Assembly: GCA_964482195.1 (NCBI GenBank)
Contig: CAYZWL010000003.1
Coordinates: 6,643 to 70,642, forward strand
DNA length: 64,000 nt
Reading direction: 5' to 3'
Origin: an uncultured Alteromonadaceae bacterium
GTDB lineage: Bacteria; Pseudomonadota; Gammaproteobacteria; Pseudomonadales; Halieaceae
Part shown: one piece after another, positions 29,647 to 39,798 of the stretch
Layout of the letters: every line of letters begins with the position of its first letter
Numbering within the stretch: position 1 is the first letter of the stretch
Translations under genes and position numbers: made by a program
Notes under the pieces: model-generated
Seen by the model: the letters and a program-made list of their open reading frames with translations, nothing else
Databases searched by the model: none
Told to the model about the DNA's origin: nothing

Positions 29647-31614
29647 TTAACGCACCGTATGCAGGAAATGCAGGTGGGTTTCGTACTGGTTCAGAATATC
29701 GACCACGACCTGCTCCTCTGACCAACCCATGATGCAGTAATCCTGGCCGCCTTCGGCGAGGTGCACCTCGGCCCGGTAAAACTTCTCCTGGTCATTGAGT
29801 TCATCCATGGACTTGCCCGTCAGGGATTCATCGGGCAGCGGATGGCTGCGACTGCGCACCTCGTAGACAAAATCGATCTCGTCCCCGTGAAACACCTCAA
29901 GCCGCAGTGAACCCCGCTCGGTGATTTCGTTGGCAATGGCAGCCTTGATGTCATGCCGATTGAGCTCGTCAGCAAATTGGCGCATGGCACGGGCAACAAT
30001 GTCCCGCTGGAATTTCTGCACGGTGGAATCTGCGGGGTACTCGAGCAGATTACCGAGCCGCGCCCGCCAGGACTTGGCCTCCGAGGACTGGGGCGGATGC
30101 ACACTGACCGCCTCGCGTTTCGCGCCGTCCACAGTGAGTGCGCGATAGAACCCCCACAGGGCGCCGATGATGGCGATGGAGAACGGCAGGGCACTGGCGA
30201 TGGTCGCGGTCTGCAAGGCCGACAAGCCACCGGCAAACAACAATGCCGAGGCGATGAGCGCGATGATTCCCGCCCACAACACCCGTTGCAACGCCGGGCT
30301 CTCATCCTTGCCGCCATTACTCAGCATGTTGAGCACCAACGCCGCACTGTCGGCAGAGGTAACGAAAAACACCACGATCATCGCCAGACAGATCAGCGAC
30401 AACACCTCGGTGCCCGGCAGGTAATCGAGGAAGCGGAACAGAGCAACCGCCTGGTCAGCGCGCACGGCATCAGCCAGCTCACTCGCCCCCTGGTTGGCAA
30501 TCAACTCAACGGCACTGCCACCAAATACTCCCATCCACAAGACGATGTACAAGGTCGGCACAATGGTGACGCCGAGTACGAACTCGCGAATCGTGCGGCC
30601 TCGCGAAATGCGGGCGACGAAAATACCCACAAAAGGCGTCCAACTGATCCACCAACCCCAGTAGAGAATCGTCCAACCGCCGAGCCAATCGGTAGGGTTA
30701 TAGACGTACAGATTGAAGGTTTTGGGCACCAGATCGGCGAGATAGCCGCCAAAATTCTGCACGGTGCCTGACAGCAACAGTACGGTAGGACCGGCCAGCA
30801 ATACCCCCAGCAACAGCAGGATCGACAAACCAATATTGATTTCACTGAGACGCTTGATGCCGGTATCGAGACCCAGAGCCACGGATATCGCCGCCAGTAC
30901 CATGGTCATCACCAACAGCACAAGCTGTACGCTGAGCCCTACGGGCACCCCAAACAGATAATTGAGCCCCGCGTTGATCTGCAGCACCCCGTAGCCGAGG
31001 CTGGTGGCAATGCCACACGTTGTGCAAACAATGGCAAACACATCGACCGTGGCCCCCAGTCTGCCGTAGATGCGTTCGCCAATGAGCGGGTAAAAAGCCG
31101 AGCGCAGGGTCAGGGGCAGTTGATGCCGATAAGCGAAATAGGCAAGTACCAGTGCGACCGCCGCGTACATGGCCCAAGCGTGAAAGCCCCAATGGAAAAA
31201 GGTCAGCCGCATGGCCTCGGCGGCAGCAGCCTTGTTCGCACCTTCGCCCAAAGGCGGCGCGAGGTAGTGCATCACGGGCTCGGCCACCCCAAAGAACATC
31301 AGCCCAATGCCCATCCCCGCGGCAAACAACATGGAAAACCAGGAGATGAAACCGTAGGCGGGCGCAGAGTGATCGGGGCCGAGTTTGATATCGCCGTGCC
31401 GGCCCAAAGCGAATACCAACACCATCACCAGCACGCCGCCCATCACCAACACATAGAACCAGCTGGCGGTAGCCACAATGCCCTGCTGCAGCGCCGACAA
31501 AGCGCGATCTGCCTGATCGGGAAACAAGGCCACGGTGGCAACCGCAGACAACAGAATGGCGAGCGCCGGGACGAACACAGCCCGGTCGATGGCGAAGTTG
31601 GATCGCAGATTCAT
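29647..31614 (-). CDS. BCCT-family (betaine/carnitine/choline) transporter
   Basis: BCCT signature WTILYWGWWISWTPFVGIFVARISRGRTIREF. The 655-aa product has a long cytoplasmic C-terminal domain. Confidence 0.9.
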   Translation of the reverse strand: MNLRSNFAIDRAVFVPALAILLSAVATVALFPDQADRALSALQQGIVATASWFYVLVMGGVLVMVLVFALGRHGDIKLGPDHSAPAYGFISWFSMLFAAGMGIGLMFFGVAEPVMHYLAPPLGEGANKAAAAEAMRLTFFHWGFHAWAMYAAVALVLAYFAYRHQLPLTLRSAFYPLIGERIYGRLGATVDVFAIVCTTCGIATSLGYGVLQINAGLNYLFGVPVGLSVQLVLLVMTMVLAAISVALGLDTGIKRLSEINIGLSILLLLGVLLAGPTVLLLSGTVQNFGGYLADLVPKTFNLYVYNPTDWLGGWTILYWGWWISWTPFVGIFVARISRGRTIREFVLGVTIVPTLYIVLWMGVFGGSAVELIANQGASELADAVRADQAVALFRFLDYLPGTEVLSLICLAMIVVFFVTSADSAALVLNMLSNGGKDESPALQRVLWAGIIALIASALLFAGGLSALQTATIASALPFSIAIIGALWGFYRALTVDGAKREAVSVHPPQSSEAKSWRARLGNLLEYPADSTVQKFQRDIVARAMRQFADELNRHDIKAAIANEITERGSLRLEVFHGDEIDFVYEVRSRSHPLPDESLTGKSMDELNDQEKFYRAEVHLAEGGQDYCIMGWSEEQVVVDILNQYETHLHFLHTVR

Positions 31615-31822
31615 GGACTGCCCAGCAAAGACTCAGCCCGCAGTATACCGGTTCGGGTCATCTTCGCTCATCGGTAAATTAGTATGATCTAAAAACATTA
31701 ATCAACGGGCATTACCGCCATAAGCTGGCTGTATGGCAGGTTTTGTCGACTTTTTGACCGCAATGGCAGACAAAATTACTTTGAGGTAAAATTTTGCGCT
31801 CAAACAATTACCGGAGCCCATC

Positions 31823-34444
31823 ATGGCCGCCTTCCCGCGCTTCACCCGCAACCGCCTTGCCGTGGCAGTGACGTCGCTTGTTCTGCCCGCCGCAGCGAAC
31901 ACCGCACTTGCCCAGGAAAACACCCAAAAGCTCGAAGAGGTGGTGGTCACGGCAACCAAGCGCGCCGCGAGCACACAGGACATTCCTGTCACAGTGTCCG
32001 CGGTATCCGGGGAGCAACTCGATCAGCTGGGCGTGGCCAATTTCGAGGACTATCTGATTCAGTTGCCCGGTGTCACCGCCGGGGGTAGCGGGCCCGGTCA
32101 AAACACTATTTACATCCGCGGGGTCGCGTCGACCACACCTAACCTGACCACTGCAGGTGTGGCGGGCATCGCGCCCAATGTGGCGTTCTACCTCGACGAA
32201 CAACCGCTGGCCCAACCGGGCCGAAACCTCGACGTATACGCCGCCGACCTGCAGCGGGTTGAAGTACTGTCAGGTCCGCAGGGCACCCTGTTTGGCGCGA
32301 GCTCTCAGGCGGGCACAGTGCGCCTGATCACCAACAAACCAGACTTCACCGACACCTACGGCAAGATCTCTGCCGGCGCCTCAACAATGTCTGAAGGCGA
32401 CAACAACTATAACGTCGAAGCCATGTTCAATATCCCGCTGAGCGACAGCTTCGCGGTGCGGGCAGTGGTCTATTCCGACGAAATGGGTGGTTTTATCGAT
32501 AATGTCGCCGGCACTCAGGATCTGCGCGACAGCGCACGCTTCCGCGCCGCCGGTACCCTGCGCAGCAACGGCGTACCCGTGAGCGCCCGGCGGGGTGGAT
32601 TCCAGGCCGGTGCCGACCTTTCCGGTGTTAACTTCGTGGCGGCTGACAACAGCGCACTGGTTGAAGAGGACTTCAACACCGCCAACTACACCGGTGCGCG
32701 GCTGGCGGCTTCCTGGGACATCAATGAGAACTGGAACTTGCTGGTGGCGCACAGCACCCAGGATCTCGAATCGGACGGTGTTTTTTACGCAGACCCGGAT
32801 CTCGATGATCTCGAGGTGCAGACCTACACCCCTTCGAGCATGGAAGACAGCTTCGACAACACCGCCTGGACGCTGACTGGCTCGATCGGTGAGCTGGAAA
32901 TGGTGTACACCGGCGCCTTCACCGAGCGCGAAGCCGATCAGGTGGTTGAATACACCGACTACCTGTTTGTGGGTCAGTACCTGCCCTACTACATCTGTGA
33001 CACGTCGGTCACCTACCCGGGTGACGCGGCGCCTTCGGGCACCTGTTTCGCCCCCAACCTGAACGTCACCTCGTTCACCAAGACCGAGATTCAGACCCAC
33101 GAATTCCGCGTATCCACCGATGCATCCAAGTCGCTGCGAGCCACCGTTGGCGCGTTCTACAGCGACCTGACCCTCGAGGAGCGCAACAACTTCAACTACC
33201 CCTCCAACCAACTCATCAATGGCGGCAATGCCTGGGCACCGAACTTCCCGTACACCACGGGATTCGTTTCCGATCCCGGTCCCTTTGAGCCACAGACCAT
33301 TTTCCGCAACGACGTTCAGCGTACCGATGAACAACTCGGTTTCTTCGGTGAGGTGACCTACGACATCAACGAGCAGTTCGCCGTGACCGCTGGCGCTCGC
33401 CACTACGATGTCGAAGTCGACCTCGAGGGCAGCGCCAACGGCTCCTTCTTCAACCTCGGCGGCACTGACTGCAATGTTTTCGGCACCGACATTTCCGACC
33501 TGTACAACGGCGATGGCCGCTGGACGGATCGCAATGCGGGTGTCTGCGAAGGCGCGGGGCAAACCACCTATACCCTGGCGGACCTCAACAATCCCGATAT
33601 TCCGGACCGCGCACGGGCTGCCTTGCAGGCACCAGACACGGCCGACGCCAAGGGTGAAATCTACAAGCTGACCGGCCAGTGGACGCCCAGCCTGGACGTG
33701 CTCTTCTACGCCACCTATTCGGAAGGTTTCCGCCCGGGACTGCTCAACCGCCCCGGCGGTGCGAGTACGACGCTGGCAAACGGGGGCAGCTACTCGGTGC
33801 CCTATGCGCTGCAGACCGATGAGCTCAAGAACTACGAACTGGGCTGGAAGGCTGACCTTCTCGACGGCACTCTGCGCTTCAACGGTTCGCTGTTCTATGT
33901 CGATATCAGCGATCTGCAGACCACCATCTTTGACCCGAGCATCACCAACCTGTTCTTCTCGGACAATGCCGCCAACGCCGAGGTGACCGGCCTGGAGGGA
34001 GACTTCACCTGGCTGCCGGCGATCAACGGCCTGACGATTCGCGGGGCGTTCTCGTTCCTGGACACCGAAATTGTCGACGTCCTGACGCCCACCGACGACG
34101 TCCGTGAAGGTGACAGCCTGGCCTTTGCACCCGAATTCCAGGGCAACCTCACCGCTCGATACGAATGGCAGTGGAACGGTATGACCTCCCATGTGATGGG
34201 CAACCTGACCCATTCCAGCGACTCGTTCAGTGACATCATCGTCATCAACCGCGATCGGATTGCCAGCTGGACGATGCTCGGCGTGACTGCGGGCCTGCGG
34301 GCCGATGCCTGGACCGCGGAGCTCTTTGTCGACAACTTGAGCGATGAAAGGGCGGAACTGGCGCGCAACTTCGTCAACGACCGCCAGCGGGTGACCTACG
34401 CGCGTCCTCGCACCATGGGCATGCGCGTGAGTTTCGACTTCTGA
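31823..34444 (+). CDS. TonB-dependent receptor
   Basis: Signal peptide. Plug motifs LEEVVVTATKR, DIPVTVSAVSGEQL and RVEVLSGPQGTLFGASSQAGTVR. Terminal ...RVSFDF ends in an aromatic residue. Confidence 0.9.
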   Translation: MAAFPRFTRNRLAVAVTSLVLPAAANTALAQENTQKLEEVVVTATKRAASTQDIPVTVSAVSGEQLDQLGVANFEDYLIQLPGVTAGGSGPGQNTIYIRGVASTTPNLTTAGVAGIAPNVAFYLDEQPLAQPGRNLDVYAADLQRVEVLSGPQGTLFGASSQAGTVRLITNKPDFTDTYGKISAGASTMSEGDNNYNVEAMFNIPLSDSFAVRAVVYSDEMGGFIDNVAGTQDLRDSARFRAAGTLRSNGVPVSARRGGFQAGADLSGVNFVAADNSALVEEDFNTANYTGARLAASWDINENWNLLVAHSTQDLESDGVFYADPDLDDLEVQTYTPSSMEDSFDNTAWTLTGSIGELEMVYTGAFTEREADQVVEYTDYLFVGQYLPYYICDTSVTYPGDAAPSGTCFAPNLNVTSFTKTEIQTHEFRVSTDASKSLRATVGAFYSDLTLEERNNFNYPSNQLINGGNAWAPNFPYTTGFVSDPGPFEPQTIFRNDVQRTDEQLGFFGEVTYDINEQFAVTAGARHYDVEVDLEGSANGSFFNLGGTDCNVFGTDISDLYNGDGRWTDRNAGVCEGAGQTTYTLADLNNPDIPDRARAALQAPDTADAKGEIYKLTGQWTPSLDVLFYATYSEGFRPGLLNRPGGASTTLANGGSYSVPYALQTDELKNYELGWKADLLDGTLRFNGSLFYVDISDLQTTIFDPSITNLFFSDNAANAEVTGLEGDFTWLPAINGLTIRGAFSFLDTEIVDVLTPTDDVREGDSLAFAPEFQGNLTARYEWQWNGMTSHVMGNLTHSSDSFSDIIVINRDRIASWTMLGVTAGLRADAWTAELFVDNLSDERAELARNFVNDRQRVTYARPRTMGMRVSFDF

Positions 34445-34512
34445 TCAACGCCGTTCGGCACTACCATACGCCTCGACCGCAGGGTCGGGGCATTTGGTAG
34501 AGGCGCGCCGCA

Positions 34513-36495
34513 ATGACAGACAACATCCCAGCGCACTCACCCCTCGAGCAAATTCAGGGGTTGCTCAGAGCGCGCCATTTCGAAGCTGCCCGGGATCTTG
34601 CCCAGCAATGGTTGATCCGCGAACCCGAGGCAGCCGATGCCAGCTACTTTCTGGCCGTGTCCCTCCGGGCGCTCAGCGAACTCGATAAAGCGGAATCAGT
34701 ACTCACCGCACTGCTGCGTCAGCACCCCAGCCACAGCCGCGGTCTGCAGGAATATGGCCACCTGCTGCGTGACCGTGGCAATCTGGAAGCGGCGCTGGGC
34801 ATGTATCGCCGGGCAACCCGGGAAAATCCGTCGCTCGCGGCCAGTTGGCTGGGGCAAGAGCGGGCGCTCAGACAACTCGGCGATACCGCAGCCGCACAAC
34901 AGGCCGCAGCTCAGGCTACCTGGCTGAAATCGCTGCCGCAGCCCGTACTGGTCGTCATGGATCTCATGTCCCGGGGGCGTCTGATCGCCGCCGAGAAACT
35001 GCTGAAACGGTTCATGCAAGCCAACCCCCAACACGTTGAGGGTATGCGCTTACTCGCGGAGATTGCCCTCAAACTCGGCGCGACCAACGAAGCAACGCTG
35101 CTTCTGGAGACCGCCGCACAACTGGCGCCAGCTGACTCACGTATCGCGGTTGACCGTATTCAACTGCTGCGCCGTTGTCAGCGGGACGCCGAAGCCAGGG
35201 AAGCCGCGCGCGAACTGGCAGACGGCACACCTGACAATCCACAATTTCAGTCCCTCGCTGCCATCGAAGCGATGCATGTTGGCGACTACGAAGACGCCCT
35301 GTCGCGGTTTGATCGGGTGCTCAGTCGCTTACCCAACGACCCAGTCACACTGACTTCACGCGGCCATGCGCTCAAGACCAGCGGGCGCACCGGTAAGGCG
35401 ATCGAGAGTTACCGCGCCGCCATCGGGGCGCGGCCCGCCCATGGTGAAGCCTGGTATGCACTCGCCAACCTCAAAACCTATCAATTTGAGCCCGAAGACA
35501 TCGCGGTGATGAAGCACCTTAGCCAGGACCTGTCGGTAGACGCGGGCTCCCAGGTGCATCTGCAGTTTGCGCTGGGCAAGGCCCTGGAAGATGCCGGCGC
35601 CTGGGCCGAGAGCTTTGCGCATTATCAGCAAGGCAATCGCATCAAACGGCAGGGCTCTCACTACACCGCTCAGGCCACGACCGAGGAACTGGCTCAGCAG
35701 GCCAATCAATGTCGCGCCGAACTGTTCCATGAAAAGCGCGGCGGCTGTGCTGCAGTGGACCCGATCTTTATCGTCGGCTTGCCTCGGGCAGGATCGACGC
35801 TGCTCGAGCAGATTCTGGCATCTCACTCACAAATCGATGGCACCCTCGAACTGCCCTATATCCTGTCGATGGCGCAAAGTCTGCGCCGTCGCGAGACGGG
35901 ACCGGGTTACCCTGAAAATCTTTGGACCCTCAGCGCGGAGGAGCGCCAGGCACTGGGGGCCCGCTACCTCGAGCAGAGCGCAGTACACCGGGCTGGTGCA
36001 CCGCGATTTATCGACAAAATGCCAAACAATTTTCGCCATATCGGACTCATCAAGCTGATACTGCCCAACGCGAAGATTATTGACGCTCGACGCCACCCTT
36101 TGGCATGTGGCTTCTCGGGATTCAAACAGCTGTTCGCGGAAGGTCAGGAGTTTTCCTACGATTTGAGCGATATGGGCAAGTACTATCGCGACTACGTGAC
36201 GCTGATGTCGCATTGGCATTCGGTCCTTCCTGGAGAGATCTTGCAAGTCAACAACGAGGACGTCATTGCCGATCTCGAAGGCCAGGTACGGCGGCTGCTG
36301 ACATTTTTGCAGCTGCCTTTCGAGGCGGGCTGTTTAAGCTACTGGGAAACGGAGCGCGCCATCAAAACCCCGAGCTCAGAGCAAGTCCGACGCCCGGTTT
36401 CCGACCGCGGCACCCACCAGTGGCGACATTTCGAGCCCTGGCTAACACCTCTGAAAGAGGCGTTGGGCGATGATCTGGTCGCCCTGTCGGAGTAA
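34513..36495 (+). CDS. TPR-repeat-containing sulfotransferase family protein (cytoplasmic)
   Basis: The N-terminal ~400 aa are TPR-like helical repeats. The C-terminal domain has a PAPS 5'-phosphosulfate-binding loop (IVGLPRAGSTLLEQIL) and RHPLACGFSGFKQ. No signal peptide. Confidence 0.85.
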   Translation: MTDNIPAHSPLEQIQGLLRARHFEAARDLAQQWLIREPEAADASYFLAVSLRALSELDKAESVLTALLRQHPSHSRGLQEYGHLLRDRGNLEAALGMYRRATRENPSLAASWLGQERALRQLGDTAAAQQAAAQATWLKSLPQPVLVVMDLMSRGRLIAAEKLLKRFMQANPQHVEGMRLLAEIALKLGATNEATLLLETAAQLAPADSRIAVDRIQLLRRCQRDAEAREAARELADGTPDNPQFQSLAAIEAMHVGDYEDALSRFDRVLSRLPNDPVTLTSRGHALKTSGRTGKAIESYRAAIGARPAHGEAWYALANLKTYQFEPEDIAVMKHLSQDLSVDAGSQVHLQFALGKALEDAGAWAESFAHYQQGNRIKRQGSHYTAQATTEELAQQANQCRAELFHEKRGGCAAVDPIFIVGLPRAGSTLLEQILASHSQIDGTLELPYILSMAQSLRRRETGPGYPENLWTLSAEERQALGARYLEQSAVHRAGAPRFIDKMPNNFRHIGLIKLILPNAKIIDARRHPLACGFSGFKQLFAEGQEFSYDLSDMGKYYRDYVTLMSHWHSVLPGEILQVNNEDVIADLEGQVRRLLTFLQLPFEAGCLSYWETERAIKTPSSEQVRRPVSDRGTHQWRHFEPWLTPLKEALGDDLVALSE

Positions 36496-36498
36496 CAG

Positions 36499-37005
36499 AT
36501 GAACGATATGAGTGACAACAATCTGAATCCAACCCTCGATCTGTCCGATCAAGTCCTGGTTTCGCTGCGACGCATTATTCGCGCGACCGACCTGCACTCC
36601 CGGAAGCTGGGCAAAAAAACCGGCCTCACCACGCCGCAACTGGTCGTGATCGGTGCCATCGGCCGCCGCAAAGAACCGACGGTTTCAGACATTGCTAAAG
36701 CGGTTAGCCTCAGTCTCGCCACCGTGACCACCATCCTCAATCGACTTGAGAGCAACGGTTATGTCAATCGTGCCCGCAGCGCTGTGGACCGTCGGCGAGT
36801 CATCGTGAGCCTCACGGATCTGGGGGAGGAGATGCTGGCACAAGCCCCCAAACCGCTGCAGGACAGCTTTATGGACCGCTTTTCGCGGCTGGAGACCTGG
36901 GAGCAATTCCAGATCGTCGCGGCACTTGAACGCGTGGCAACGATGATGGACGCCGAAGAACTCGACGCCGCTCCCCTGCTGGCCAGCGGCGAGTCCGTGG
37001 TTTAA
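36499..37005 (+). CDS. MarR-family transcriptional regulator
   Basis: The 168-aa product has a winged-helix core (TTPQLVVIGAIGRRKEPTVSDIAKAVSLSLATVTTILNRLESNGYVNRARSAVDRRRV). The start is 3 nt after the sulfotransferase stop. Confidence 0.85.
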   Translation: MNDMSDNNLNPTLDLSDQVLVSLRRIIRATDLHSRKLGKKTGLTTPQLVVIGAIGRRKEPTVSDIAKAVSLSLATVTTILNRLESNGYVNRARSAVDRRRVIVSLTDLGEEMLAQAPKPLQDSFMDRFSRLETWEQFQIVAALERVATMMDAEELDAAPLLASGESVV

Positions 37006-37901
37006 GCCGAGGCTGGCTTTACCAATTCCAGAATGCCTGAGAAGTCGAGTGTGCCAGCGCCATTGGCCTGGTGCTGCCGATAACGTTCCAGGGCAAGCCG
37101 CCCGAGTTGGTTATCGATGCCGGCGTTTTCGGCGACCTCCGCCGCCAAGCCCAGGTCTTTGACCATCAGGTCCACCATGAAACCGGGGGTGTAGCCATGA
37201 CTTGCAGGCGCCGTCTCCATCACGCCCGGCCAGGGGTTGTAGACCTGCAGTGACCAGTTGTTGCCCGAGCTCGCCTTCATGATCTCCGACAAAACGGCGG
37301 GGTCGAGCCCGTTGGCCTCGCCCATGGCCAGCGCCTCACAGGTGCCGATCATGTGGATCGCGAGCAACATGTTGTTGGCCGCTTTGGCAACCTGACCGGC
37401 ACCGGCGGGACCGGCGTGAAAAATCTTGGCCTCGCTGCCCATGCCCGCAAGCACAACCCGTGCTCGTGCGAAGGCGTCGGCGGTACCGCCGCACATGAAT
37501 GCCAGCGTGCCGGCCTGCGCGGCGGCGACGCCCCCCGATACCGGCGTGTCCATAAACGCGATATCTCGCGCACTTGCCGCTTCGGCAACTTGTCGCGCCG
37601 TGTCGGCGTCGATCGTGCTGGCATCAAGTACTAATGTGCCCGCGGCGAGTTGCGCCAACAACCCATCTTCCCCGAGATAAGTCGACGCTACGTGTTTGCC
37701 CGCGGGCAGCATGCTGATGACGATCTCGGCGCCAGCTGCCGCATCGGCCGCACTGTCGGCGGGTCTTGCACCCGCTTCGCCCAATTGCTGCAGGGCCTCG
37801 GCCGATAGATCAAACACCGACAGGCTGTGACCGGCGGCGATCAGGTTGCGGGCCATGGGTCCACCCATATTGCCCAGCCCCAAAAACGCGACATGACTCA
37901 T
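37002..37901 (-). CDS. mmsB: 3-hydroxyisobutyrate dehydrogenase
   Basis: VAFLGLGNMGGPMARNL Rossmann motif and a downstream NNMLLAIHMIGTCEALAMG block, in valine-catabolism gene context. ATGA overlap with the upstream gene. Confidence 0.85.
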   Translation of the reverse strand: MSHVAFLGLGNMGGPMARNLIAAGHSLSVFDLSAEALQQLGEAGARPADSAADAAAGAEIVISMLPAGKHVASTYLGEDGLLAQLAAGTLVLDASTIDADTARQVAEAASARDIAFMDTPVSGGVAAAQAGTLAFMCGGTADAFARARVVLAGMGSEAKIFHAGPAGAGQVAKAANNMLLAIHMIGTCEALAMGEANGLDPAVLSEIMKASSGNNWSLQVYNPWPGVMETAPASHGYTPGFMVDLMVKDLGLAAEVAENAGIDNQLGRLALERYRQHQANGAGTLDFSGILELVKPASA

Positions 37902-39013
37902 TGCTGATACTCCACAAATTCAACCGCGGGGGCACCCGGCGCCTCAACAAAAAACTGCTCAAGCAGCGCCGTCGGCACATCGCTGACCGCAGCGAACTGC
38001 CACTGAGGGTTGCGATCCTTGTCGATCAGCAGTGCACGCACACCCTCCGCGAACTCGGGATAGCGCATCACCTGTGCACCGAGCTGGGCCTCGGCTACAA
38101 ACACTTCACGCAGGCTCGCGTCAGCGGTGATCTGCAGTTGCCGGAAGATCCAGCTGGCTGCCAGCTTCGAGCCGTGCGCGAAGCCGTCCCGGGCTTTGGC
38201 CAGCCAGGGATCTTCTGTTTTGAGCCCGGTCAGCCGCTCGGCGATGGCCGCCAAACTGTCCCCTGCCATCAGGTCATTGATGGTCTCGAGATGGGGTATG
38301 ACCTGGGCTGACGGTCGATCGGCATCGGGTGCGATCTCGTCCAGCAGTTCTGTCGCCTTGGCATGCCGGCCGGCAGGGTCGGCAGGCCAGGTCGCCGCAC
38401 GCAGGGCGTCGATGACCTGCTCGTGTTGCGCGGCCCCCAGGAAGTGGCTGGCCAGACCCATATCAAGCGTATCGGTCCCGTTGATGGAAGCGGCGGTCAA
38501 TGCCAGAAAGCGACCTGCCAGTCCCGGCATGCGATTCAGGAACCAACTGCCACCCACATCGGGGAACAGCGCGATCGTGATCTCCGGCATGGCGATGCGA
38601 GTACGCTCACCCACCACAGCGTGAGAGCAACCCGCGAGTATGCCGAGCCCACCGCCCATGACCACGCCCTGCCCCCAGCAGATGATTGGCTTGGGGTAGG
38701 TGTGCAGCCGGTAGTTCATTGCGTATTCGCGGGCGAAAAATGTCTCGGCGTATTCGCAGGGACCGCCCGGGGTCGCCAATGACGACTCACGCAGAGCCGC
38801 GACATCACCCCCTGCACAGAAAGCCTTGTCCCCACTGCCATCGATGAACACCGCCACAACTGAACTGTCCTCAGCCCAGGTGTCGAGGCAATCGCTGATC
38901 ACATCGACCATGTCGAGTGTCAGCGAATTGAGAGTTTTGGGCACATTCAGGGTCAGGTGACCCAACCGGCCACCACCGGTCGCGTGCTCCCGTACCAATA
39001 CCGCTTCGGTCAT
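37898..39013 (-). CDS. 3-hydroxyisobutyryl-CoA hydrolase (crotonase superfamily)
   Basis: About 371 aa, with FCAGGDV and the long C-terminal extension typical of HIBCH. ATG 39013 overlaps the upstream stop (ATGA). An alternative ATG lies at 39025. Confidence 0.8.
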   Translation of the reverse strand: MTEAVLVREHATGGGRLGHLTLNVPKTLNSLTLDMVDVISDCLDTWAEDSSVVAVFIDGSGDKAFCAGGDVAALRESSLATPGGPCEYAETFFAREYAMNYRLHTYPKPIICWGQGVVMGGGLGILAGCSHAVVGERTRIAMPEITIALFPDVGGSWFLNRMPGLAGRFLALTAASINGTDTLDMGLASHFLGAAQHEQVIDALRAATWPADPAGRHAKATELLDEIAPDADRPSAQVIPHLETINDLMAGDSLAAIAERLTGLKTEDPWLAKARDGFAHGSKLAASWIFRQLQITADASLREVFVAEAQLGAQVMRYPEFAEGVRALLIDKDRNPQWQFAAVSDVPTALLEQFFVEAPGAPAVEFVEYQQ

Positions 39014-39798
39014 CGGTTCTTCCACTCCGCCGGACGCTTTTCGAGGAACGCGTTGACGCCCTCGCGCTGATCCTCTGTTCGGAACAGCTCTACAAATTCG
39101 TCACGTTCGGCGGCCAGGCCCCGGGTGATGGCGATATTTCGAGCCGAATGAATCAGCCGCTTGCAAGCTGCCACAGAACTCGGAGATTGCTGGCAGGACT
39201 GCTTGGCCAGTTTACGCGCCGCTGCCAGCGCACCGCCGGTCTCGACCACCTCTTCCACCAAGCCAAGTTCGAGCGCCCGCGCTGCATCGAGCCGATCGCC
39301 ACATAGAATCATGCGCTTGGCCCAGCCTTCGCCAATCAGCTGGGTCAGGCGCTGGGTGCCACCCGCACAAGGCAATAAGCCGACTTTCGCCTCGGGCAGC
39401 GCCAGTTGCGCTTGTGATTCAGCGATACGGATATCACAGGCCAGCGCCACTTCGAGACCCCCGCCCATCGCGAAGCCATTGATGGCGGCGATCGACACAC
39501 CGCGAAAATCTGCCAGGGTTTCAAAGGCGCGACCAAAGGCCTCGGCCATACCCCGGGCAGCGGCCGCGTCGCCGTCGGCAAACAACTTCAAATTAGCACC
39601 CGCCGAGAAGAATTTGTCGCCGGCCCCGGTGATAATCAGCGCGTAGCAATCCTGATGCGCATTGAGCGCCTCAACCACCGACTTCAGTGCCGGCAAGCTC
39701 TCGGTATCCCAGGTATTGGCGGCGGGGTTATCGATCACGATCTCGGCGACGTTGCCGTCGAGCGTCACCTTGATCTTGCTGCTTGAACTGCTAATCAC
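39010..39798 (-). CDS. enoyl-CoA hydratase
   Basis: 262-aa crotonase with FFSAGANL, GFAMGGGLEVALACDIRIA and TEDQREGVNAFLEKR. Confidence 0.85.
   Translation of the reverse strand: MISSSSSKIKVTLDGNVAEIVIDNPAANTWDTESLPALKSVVEALNAHQDCYALIITGAGDKFFSAGANLKLFADGDAAAARGMAEAFGRAFETLADFRGVSIAAINGFAMGGGLEVALACDIRIAESQAQLALPEAKVGLLPCAGGTQRLTQLIGEGWAKRMILCGDRLDAARALELGLVEEVVETGGALAAARKLAKQSCQQSPSSVAACKRLIHSARNIAITRGLAAERDEFVELFRTEDQREGVNAFLEKRPAEWKNR

Noticed and set aside
29647-30114. About 155-aa hydrophilic C-terminal extension on the BCCT transporter.
   Set aside because: Long cytoplasmic C-terminal osmosensing domains are a known feature of BetT-type BCCT carriers, so this is not unusual.
31675-31715. 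AT-rich stretch (aaattagtatgatctaaaaacattaatca) that looks vaguely Fur-box-like, between the BCCT and TBDR genes.
   Set aside because: Only scattered nATwAT hexamers are present, with no 19-bp palindrome. It is probably just promoter-region AT richness.
32381-34213. Very long antisense ORFs: 610 aa opposite the second TBDR. Similar cases are 17153-18205 (-), 39882-41126 (+), 28015-28881 (-), 42323-43273 (-) and 3852-4664 (-).
   Set aside because: They lie exactly antisense to ORFs with clear family motifs. Their products are Arg/Gly/Ala/Pro/His-rich without recognisable domains. This is the expected artefact of stop-codon depletion in GC-rich DNA.
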